A stretch of DNA of 29,904 bases, from assembly GCF_006345805.1 (NCBI RefSeq), contig NW_021832678.1:1-29904 (forward strand), in the 5' to 3' direction. Below, piece after piece: positions 21,691 to 29,904 of the stretch. Every line of letters starts with the position of its first letter. Position 1 is the stretch's first letter. The stretch comes from Octopus sinensis (lineage: Eukaryota). The translations under genes were made by a program, and so were the position numbers. The notes beneath the pieces were generated by a model, which was not told the DNA's origin, ran no database searches, and was given only the letters and a program-made list of their open reading frames with translations.

Positions 21691-22042
21691 TTATTGATTC
21701 GATGGCTATTTAAGCAATTAATTAATCGACTGATTAATTGATCATTTAAGGAATAAATTAATCGACTGGTTAATTAATCAGTGGTCGTGTTTTATTGGCA
21801 TGACGACCCTTCCACCCGCCTGGGTTCCACAAAATCCATTTCGGCACACAAGTTCACATCAAAAACCTTGCAAACCAAATATAAAAACGGATTAATTAAT
21901 TGGGCCCGGTCATATGGATATTTCTGTCGAAGATGAAAGAGCAGTGTGTGCATATGTGTGTGTGTGTGTGTGTGGTGTGTGTGTGTGTGAGTGTGCGCTT
22001 TATTTGAAACACAGTTGAATTCTTTCGAGATAAAATTGGAAG

Positions 22043-22207
22043 TGGAAGCACTCCGTCGGTTGCGACGACGAGCGTTCCGGTTGATCCGAATCAACGGAAC
22101 AACCTGCTCGTGAGATTAACGTGTAAGTGGCTGAGCACTCCACAGACACGTGTACCCTTAACGTAGTTCTCGGGGATATTCAGCGTGACACAGACAGTGA
22201 CAAGGCC
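22043..22207 (-). mobile_element. Type A SINE 3' portion
   Basis: Near-identical to 22296-22460. Confidence 0.9.
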
Positions 22208-22295
22208 ATGGAAACCGGGAAACCAGATCTTTATGAGTCGGCATGACTCGGGAAGAAACTTTACTTTTTTTGTTACATACCTTATGAATTCGTAC

Positions 22296-22679
22296 TGAAA
22301 GCACTCCGTCGGTTACGACGACGAGGGTTCCTGTTGATCCGAATCAACGGAACAGCCTGCTCGTGAGATTAACGTGTAAGTGGCTGAGCACTCCACAGAC
22401 ACGTGTACCCTTAACGTAGTTCTCGGGGATATTCAGCGTGACACAGAGAGTGACAAGGCCGGCCCTTTGAAATACAGGTACAACAGAAACAGGAAGAAAG
22501 AGCGAGAGAAAGTTGTGGTGAAAGAGTACAGCAGGGATCACCGCCATCCCCTGCCGGAGCCTCGTGGAGCTTTTAGGTGTTTTTGCTCAATAAACACTCA
22601 CAACGCCCGGTCTGGGAATCGAAACCGCGATCTTATGACCGCGAGTCCGCTGCCCTAACCGCTGCGCCATTGCGCCTCC
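22296..22679 (-). mobile_element. Type A SINE, full length
   Basis: Colinear with 352-739. Confidence 0.92.
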
Positions 22680-22764
22680 ACTGATAAAATTAGCGTCATA
22701 GGAAACGGGTTAGCAAACCCAAATGCTGACTATCGGATGACTGTGATGTGTCATAAAATATATT

Positions 22765-23665
22765 AGCACTGCAGAGATGTAAGTTTTAGCATAGAGCGGA
22801 GCGATAGATTTTATAATAGTTTTATCACACATAAAAATAAATTTTATCCCATAGCATAGCTGAGATAAAGATTTTATTCCATACCTGAAACGTAGATTTT
22901 TTTTTTCACATAGGAGAACAATACTTTTTATCATATTGAAAAAATCTAAATTCAATTACACAGATAGAAAATAGAATATTTTTTCTGATATCTATGATGT
23001 AGGTTTTATCACACAGCAGAGAAATACATCTTATCCTATAACTAACATGTAAGTTTTATCACGTGGCCGATAAACACATCTTATCACATAGCTGTGTTGT
23101 GGGTTTTATCCCGTAGAGAAATAGATTTTATCACATAGCTGAGATCAGCTTTAAGAATTTCTCTGGAAGATGATAAAACTAATAGAAGACATGAGTGCGA
23201 GTGTATTTATCTGGTAACATATAGTAGGTAAATAGATTTTATCACATAACCCACAGGCAAGTTTTTCAGCTGATAGAAGAGATGTGATTTTTTGCGAGAC
23301 AGAAGAGACGCAATATTTTTATCGCATAGCGGAGATGTTTTATCGCATAGTAGAGACCTTAGTTTCATTAGATAGCAAAAAGCAAGTTTTATCTCATAGC
23401 AGAAAAAAACGTATGTTTTATCAGACGTAGTAGAGAAACTGATTTTATCACATGTCAGACAAACGGATTTTATAACATAAACGAAACGTAAGTTTTATCA
23501 TATAGGAGATAAACATCATAATATAACCTGGATGCACAGGTGAGATGTAAATGTTATTACATAGCGAAAAGAACAGATTTTAAAACGTAACTGAGACGCA
23601 GGATATATCACAGAGCAGAGAAATAGATTTTATCACATATGATGATATAGAAGATTTATCACAAA
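22765..23665. repeat. Decayed minisatellite, ~25-nt unit with core (A/G)TTTTATCACATAGC.GAGA
   Basis: The TTTTATC-based core recurs at roughly 25-nt spacing over ~900 bp. Confidence 0.8.
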
Positions 23666-23877
23666 CTTTAGAGCATATCATATGGATGATATACCAGAGG
23701 TGTATGAAAACTTTTGAACCTTCAAGGCCTTTGATCCTTGAAGTCTTGTACCATGTTTTTTTTTAGGCTCAAAGACTATCTATATACACCTCGTATGTAT
23801 ATAATAATATATATATATATAATATAATATATATATATATATATATATACTGCTCTATGTACACAGAAGCAAGAGGA

Positions 23878-23899
23878 AGTGAGTGAGTGAGTGGTGAGT

Positions 23900-23957
<58 letters not shown>

Positions 23958-24095
23958 TGCATTTGAAAATGGAGGTGTTTGTAAATTATAAGAATACGAA
24001 AATGACAGCGGCAAATAGTTAAGAGTGAGAGAGACGAAAGAAAGTTAGAAGGAGAGATGAAAAGAAAGAGTAAAAGAGAGAGTCGAAAAGAAAGA

Positions 24096-24130
<35 letters not shown>
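23878..24130. repeat. GTGA/(GA)n tracts
   Basis: Visible directly. Confidence 0.85.
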
Positions 24131-24133
<3 letters not shown>

Positions 24134-24733
24134 GCGGGAGAGAAAGATACAGGCAGACAGGCAGAGAAAGAAAAAGTGACAAAGAGACAAAGAAAGATTC
24201 AGAGGTGGCGTGATAGAGACAACCACATTCCCAAACGAAAGACAACAACAACAAAACCAAAATGCATTTGTCTAGGAGACGGAAGAACGGAATAAGTTTA
24301 AAAAAGACGACAAAGTGTTCTTAAGAATATATTACGAGATTTATTTTGTATACCATTTCAGATTAAGAGAATAAAAGAATAAATGAATGCAGAATCATAA
24401 TAAAAAGGAAAACACTAAAGTAACGTATTCTATTTCCCACGTGTTTTTTTTTTTAACTTGGGAGTTTGCTGCGTGTGTAAGTTTGTCTCAACCGTTCTAA
24501 GATTTCATTTGAAAATATTAATAATTTGTATTCGCACCCGTTTTAGTTACAGGAGACAGGATCACGAAGCCTGTGTGCGTAAGTTGTGTTAATTCTTTGT
24601 AAGAACAGTTGTGAATAACTTAAGACGTAGTTAATGCATAACTAAGTCTAACACAAACACCACCAAGGTTACAGCAGACGTAGTTGTTCTAGAGATACTT
24701 CCGTAGTAATTCTTCGACACAAAACTATCATAA

Positions 24734-24774
<41 letters not shown>

Positions 24775-24998
24775 GTGTGTGTGTGTGTAATAATAACGAG
24801 AAGAAAACTTATGGTTTTATAGGTATTATAAAACGTACACGCGTTTCCACAAATCACTGCCAAGATTACATTACTTGTTGAAGTATAATGCAATTTTGTT
24901 TGTGCACATCTTCAGTGCTTAGAAAAATACAATGAACGATGTTCTATGAGTGGGCATGTTTGTATGTATATATGTATGTATGTTTGTAATATCTATGC

Positions 24999-25049
<51 letters not shown>

Positions 25050-25323
25050 CCACACTAGCAGACTGTTAAGACTCTGATATAGTGGAGCTCTGCACTTACT
25101 CGAGGAGCAGCTCCTCACCTTCTTCTGTTTGTAGGAGCTTCCTTTATTTGTATTTATTTAGGAACAAAATTTTAAACTTGTTTAAATAAAATTTTTTCTG
25201 CGCCATGCTAATTCATAATATATATATATTAATATATCTCAATTCAGTATTCATCAAACAATTGTTTGACGAACAGGAATGAGTAACAGTTTTCTGAAGA
25301 TTTTGCAACAGTAATAAAACCTC

Positions 25324-25728
25324 CGTCAATCATTAGGCACCCTTATTTGTCCCTCTTATAGGTTATTATATCCGGCCTTCGGTGCTGTAACACCTTGTCT
25401 TCCTGGAACTCAAAATCCCGGAGGATTGTTGCCCTCCCTTTTTCGTCCATTACCTTTTCCGGTGTATGTTGGTATCAAGCATGCGTTTCCTTGTATCCCT
25501 ACTTCCGGAATAGTAGCCAGTGAAGGTTTGGGGCTACGTTGTCGTGTCTACGCTTGTACTCTTTCCGTGCAAGCTTTTCACAAACGCTAACAATGTGAGT
25601 CACGCTTTCGACCCTCTTCCCATACTTTCTGCAAAGGTTCGTTGCACTTGTGTGGTATATATTGCCTATCAGAGTTAGTATTCAATGCCTGATCATGGGC
25701 AACCACGTTTAGGATTTCAGTCTTGTTC
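25324..25728 (-). mobile_element. Decayed R4/Dong-like LINE fragment (zinc knuckle plus RLE endonuclease)
   Basis: Minus strand reads TEILNVVAHDQALNTN..CRKYGKRVESVTHIVSVCEKLARKEYKRRHDNVAPNLHW..YQHTPEKV..TILRDFEFQEDKVLQHRRPDII..CLMID. This gives degenerate CCHC, RHD and PD..D motifs, with stops and a frameshift. Confidence 0.92.
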
Positions 25729-25731
25729 TGT

Positions 25732-25845
25732 AGGTCAATTTTCGCTTTCATCCTTTCGGGGTCGATAAATTAAGTACCAGAGAAACACTGGGGTCGAATA
25801 GTCCCCTCCCACCAAATTTCAGGCTTTGTACTTTTAGTAGAAAGG

Positions 25846-25848
<3 letters not shown>
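25732..25848 (+). mobile_element. Type C SINE core and tail running into (ATT)n
   Basis: CTTTCATCCTTTCGGGGTCGATAAATTAAGTACCAG...AGTAGAAAGGATT. Confidence 0.85.
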
Positions 25849-25896
<48 letters not shown>

Positions 25897-25915
25897 ATTA
25901 TTATTATTGTTATTA

Positions 25916-25959
<44 letters not shown>

Positions 25960-25988
25960 GTTATTATTGTGATTTTATGATTATTATT

Positions 25989-26019
<31 letters not shown>

Positions 26020-26173
26020 TTATATTATTATTATTGTTATTAATTTTATTATTATTATTATTAATGTATTATTAATTATAATTATTATAATTATTATTAT
26101 TATTATTATATTATAATTATTATTATTATTATTATTATTGTTATTATTATTATTCTTATTATTATTATTAATC

Positions 26174-26204
<31 letters not shown>
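25846..26204. repeat. Long (ATT)n microsatellite
   Basis: Visible directly. Confidence 0.95.
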
Positions 26205-26387
26205 TGGCATTTGTGATTTTATAGCTTTCCAATATATTCTATTCCAACGGTCTTTTGTAACTGAATTTCACTGAATCTCATCTCATTCGTATTTCATTTA
26301 TCCATTCTGTATTTCATTCTATGATTTATTCTTCATCTCTTTCTCTCTCTCTCACCCGATTTTTTTTTTTTCAATTATTTATTTGAT

Positions 26388-26571
26388 TACACACACGCAC
26401 ACAAACACACACAAACACACATATAAATACATATACCGTATATATACACGCACCTATATACATATATATATATATATGTGTAAGTTAAAAAAAAAATTAT
26501 ATATAAATTTAATTTATATTTTAATTTATACTTTAAATTTACCACATAGTGGTAAAAAATTCCCTTATAAT

Positions 26572-26643
<72 letters not shown>

Positions 26644-26887
26644 GTGTGTGTGTGTGTATATGTGTGTGTGTATCTGTGTATACACACATGCACATCCACA
26701 TATATAAATATACATGCACACACAAATTTATTCACACGCACACACACACTCACGCACATACATACACACACACACACATACACACACACAAACACACACA
26801 CACATACACACAAACACACACACACACAAACACACACACACATACACACAACACAACACACACAAACACACACACACATACACACAA

Positions 26888-26918
<31 letters not shown>

Positions 26919-26940
26919 AACACACACGCACACACACACT
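26388..26940. repeat. Compound CA/TA/TG microsatellites
   Basis: Visible directly. Confidence 0.9.
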
Positions 26941-27097
26941 TATTGTTTTCGTTATATAATAATACCTACTTGTTTACTTTACTTCCCATTAATTTCGCTA
27001 CAAGCATTTTTCTCTCTTGTTTTCCAAACCTAATACCAACACCTTCTCCACGCCATCTTCCACCTACACACACACACAAACAAACAAACAAACAAAC

Positions 27098-27129
<32 letters not shown>

Positions 27130-27307
27130 TGAGAGAGAGATCCTCGCCACATATATCTCTGCAGACACATACACAACTTAGGCACGCATACGTCTTTTGT
27201 TTCAGTTCTATTTTAAAATTCCTCTCATTTTCATTTCCCATATGACGTGGGGCAGTAAATGAGATTTAACTATTAAAATAAGCCTAATTCGTGCACATTT
27301 GCACGCT

Positions 27308-27345
<38 letters not shown>

Positions 27346-27423
27346 CATACATGCATACTTATGCCCGCATATTTATATATTTCTAAATATATGCATATAC
27401 ATACCTATATATAGACGTAAGCG

Positions 27424-27500
27424 CATGGGATGTCCCATACGTAAGTTAACTTTTTAAGAAATTTTACACTTGAAAACACCACACTCTTATGGGACACGTG
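27424..27500. mobile_element. Possible tiny Tc1/mariner MITE remnant
   Basis: Inverted ends TGTCCCATA and TATGGGACA, resembling CAGGGTGTCCCA-type TIRs. Confidence 0.4.
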
Positions 27501-27673
27501 CTTTATATGTGTAAGTGTGTGTGTGTTTTAAAATTCGCTTGCATACGTTAGGGTAGCGCCTTATGTAGACATGCAGGCGATCGCTTTAAACTGCATACAC
27601 ACATGTAGCGCTCAAACTGTTCTTTATCTGAGTAATTGTTCTTATCTGACTGAAACAAGCAAAAGAATTATAT

Positions 27674-27705
<32 letters not shown>

Positions 27706-27745
27706 ATATATATCTATATATTATATATATGTATATATATATAAT

Positions 27746-28139
27746 TCTTTTGCTTGTTTCAGTCAGATTGCGGCCATGCTGGAGCACCGCACTGAACGGT
27801 TTTAGTGGAACAAATCGACCCCCGGGACTTATTTTTTTAACAGCCTAGTACTTATTCTATCATTATATTTCACCGAACCGCTAAGTTGTGGGGATGTAAA
27901 CATGCCAACACCGGTTGTTAAGCGGTAATGAGCGAGGGGACAAACACAGACACAAAGACTCACACATAGATATTTACATATTTACTTATATATACGACGG
28001 GTTTCTTTCAGTTTCCGTCTAGGAAATTCACTCACGAGGCCTTGGTCGGCCCGAGGATATAGTAGAAGATACATTAGCAAAACTGAACCCGGAACCATAT
28101 GGCTGGGAAGTTAGCTTCTTACCACACAGCCACACCCTG
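27746..28139 (-). mobile_element. Type B SINE, older variant
   Basis: Tail, body and head are colinear with the family, with an internal deletion near 28075. Confidence 0.88.
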
Positions 28140-28863
28140 TTCCAAGAACAACCCTAGATCTCTGATTGACTGGGATATGATGCTCGCTCTTCCTTAATAC
28201 CAATGAATTCTCCTCTTCCTACTTCTCTTGTTGTTTAACCCTAGGTAGCTGTGATTGAGTCGACCCATAGTGAAAGATATTTTGACTGTGATCAGATCGT
28301 GGGGCGTCGTTATTTGAATACGATTTGGTTGCTATTTTATCAGATCAAGACACCGCATAGAACTTCCGTTGTTGGCTCGCTTTTCACATACGCGTTCCTT
28401 AGAATATCGACCTCATCCATAGGAACAGTGCTGGTAGGTCGGCGAATGTCATACGCACAATCTTTACTTCCTTACTGTACCTTTAATAACCATAAGTGCC
28501 ATCTGTCCCGTATAGATTCGACTTCTGATTTATCATTGCGTAGGGAGTCGTTGGTCTGAATAAACTGATAGAAAATAATAAAGATTAATAGACAAAGAGA
28601 TAGATAGAAAGAGATATGATTTAGTCATACAAATAGGGCTTCGATTAATGGCTTGTTCGATTTCCTTGGATATGGCATATCTCTGTATCGCAGTTCGAGT
28701 GGAAATAAATTCGTGTTATATATTATGATTCTAGAGTAAATCCATTGAAATAACGCCTCGAATTCATGAAACGGGTTTGATTTCCACTCGAAACGTTTGT
28801 TATCATTAATTTGTTTTACTTTTGTTCTTTTTTGTTTTTTTGTTTTTTTTGTCAATTAATCTC

Positions 28864-29035
28864 TGTAAGCATAGCTGTATGGTTAAAAAGATTGCATTGG
28901 AACCGCGTGACTTCAGGTTCAATCCCAATGAACGGCACATTGAGCATGTGCCTTCAAATAAAGCCCCGCTTTGACCAATGCTTTGTGAGTGAATTTGGCA
29001 GACGTAAACTGTGTCGAAGCCTGATGTATGTATAT
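28864..29035 (+). mobile_element. Diverged type B SINE 5' half
   Basis: CAGGTTCAATCCCA..GGCAC..GACCAATGCTTTGTGAGTGAATTTGGCAGACG.AAACTG. Confidence 0.75.
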
Positions 29036-29060
29036 ATATATATATATGGGTGTGTGTGTA

Positions 29061-29231
29061 GGGAGAGTTTACGAAAAAAACAAAAGACGAAGACAGGTGG
29101 TGTAACAAAACAAACAGATGTATTAGTATAATGCCCAGGAATAGAAAAAGTCTTTTACGTTTCGAGCTACGCTCTTCTACAGAAAGGAACACAAAAAGAA
29201 ACAAGCGGCGAGAAAAAGGTGTATATATATA

Positions 29232-29264
<33 letters not shown>

Positions 29265-29427
29265 GGGAGAGTTTACGAAAAGAAAAGACGAAGACAGGTG
29301 TTTTGTACAAGCAGACAGATTGTATTAGTATAACGTTCAGGAATAGAAAAAGTCTTTTACGTTTCGAGCCTACGCTCTTCTACAGAAAGGGTCACAGAAA
29401 ACAAGGAGAGAAAAAAAAATGTGTGTA
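29061..29427 (-). mobile_element. Two tandem ~160-bp Penelope-like terminal repeats, each with a minimal hammerhead-like motif
   Basis: Direct repeats at 29061-29222 and 29265-29427 separated by (TA)n. The minus strand has CTTT-CTGTAGA-A-GAGC-loop-GCTC-GAAA-CG-TA-AAAG. Confidence 0.7.
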
Positions 29428-29560
29428 GTGGCTAATGATTTATCATGGCGTCTTGGTCGTGTTGCATACGTGCATATACATGTATGTATATGCTCGTATA
29501 TGTAAGTATTCGTATGTCATATGTATATATATATGTGTATTTATGTTACTTTCTGCGTAT

Positions 29561-29618
29561 ATTCCACTGAAGAGGCAAAGCATTTCTTATGGAAAGTCAG
29601 AAACTCGTGGTCTGGAAT
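29561..29618 (+). ncRNA. Type I hammerhead ribozyme candidate
   Basis: Stem I ATTCCA/TGGAAT; core CTGAAGA at 29567-29573; stem II GGC..TTTC/GAAA..GTC; GAAA at 29600-29603; short stem III; GTC cleavage triplet at 29610-29612. Confidence 0.7.
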
Positions 29619-29702
29619 TATCCAGTAATCTTTTGCTAGTTTATTTTGTCTTTTTGTCTTATCTCCTGGTGCTGTATGAACATATAATTTTAAATATACA
29701 TT

Positions 29703-29719
<17 letters not shown>

Positions 29720-29748
<29 letters not shown>

Positions 29749-29790
29749 TGTATGTATGTATGTATGTATGTATGTATGTATGTATGTGCA
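29720..29790. repeat. (TATG)n microsatellite
   Basis: Visible directly. Confidence 0.95.
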
Positions 29791-29814
29791 TGCGTGTGTG
29801 TGTGTGTTTAGACA

Positions 29815-29862
29815 CAGCAGGCGTGGTTATGTGGTATGAGGTAACCACATGGTTCCGGGTTA
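29815..29862 (+). mobile_element. Type B SINE head fragment
   Basis: GCAGGCGTGGTTATGTGGTA..AACCACATGGTTCCGGGTT. Confidence 0.7.
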
Positions 29863-29904
29863 TAGACTTGCAATTGTGTTCAGGTTAGGCTTATTTTAAT
29901 AGTT

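Noticed and set aside
22765-23665. CRISPR-like array
   Set aside because: Repeats are degenerate, linkers are short and related to each other, there are no cas genes and the context is eukaryotic.
25042-25114. Two adjacent short hairpins suggesting an H/ACA snoRNA
   Set aside because: No H box between the stems, no ACA tail, and the stems are short.

Overview
Repeat-dominated, AT-rich eukaryotic intronic or intergenic DNA with no recognisable host protein-coding exon; almost all ORF-track entries are microsatellite or SINE artefacts. The SINE repertoire and microsatellite density suggest a cephalopod, probably Octopus (inference from recalled repeat families, not verified). Content: about 25 copies or fragments of three tRNA-headed SINE types (called A, B and C here), a decayed mariner transposase, a mariner-derived short element, one RTE-clade and two R4/Dong-like LINE fragments, a hAT end, Penelope-like terminal repeats with minimal hammerhead motifs, a decayed ~25-nt minisatellite and many microsatellites. 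The main unexplained feature is an inverted repeat with ~180-bp arms at 18159-18689 that I could not assign to a repeat family. Its arm differences are strongly biased to G-U pairs on the + strand, the pattern expected for an RNA hairpin under selection (hpRNA/endo-siRNA precursor or ADAR substrate). Several smaller + strand G-U-containing hairpins lie nearby, and a near-canonical hammerhead ribozyme sits at 29561-29618. All alignments and counts were done by eye.
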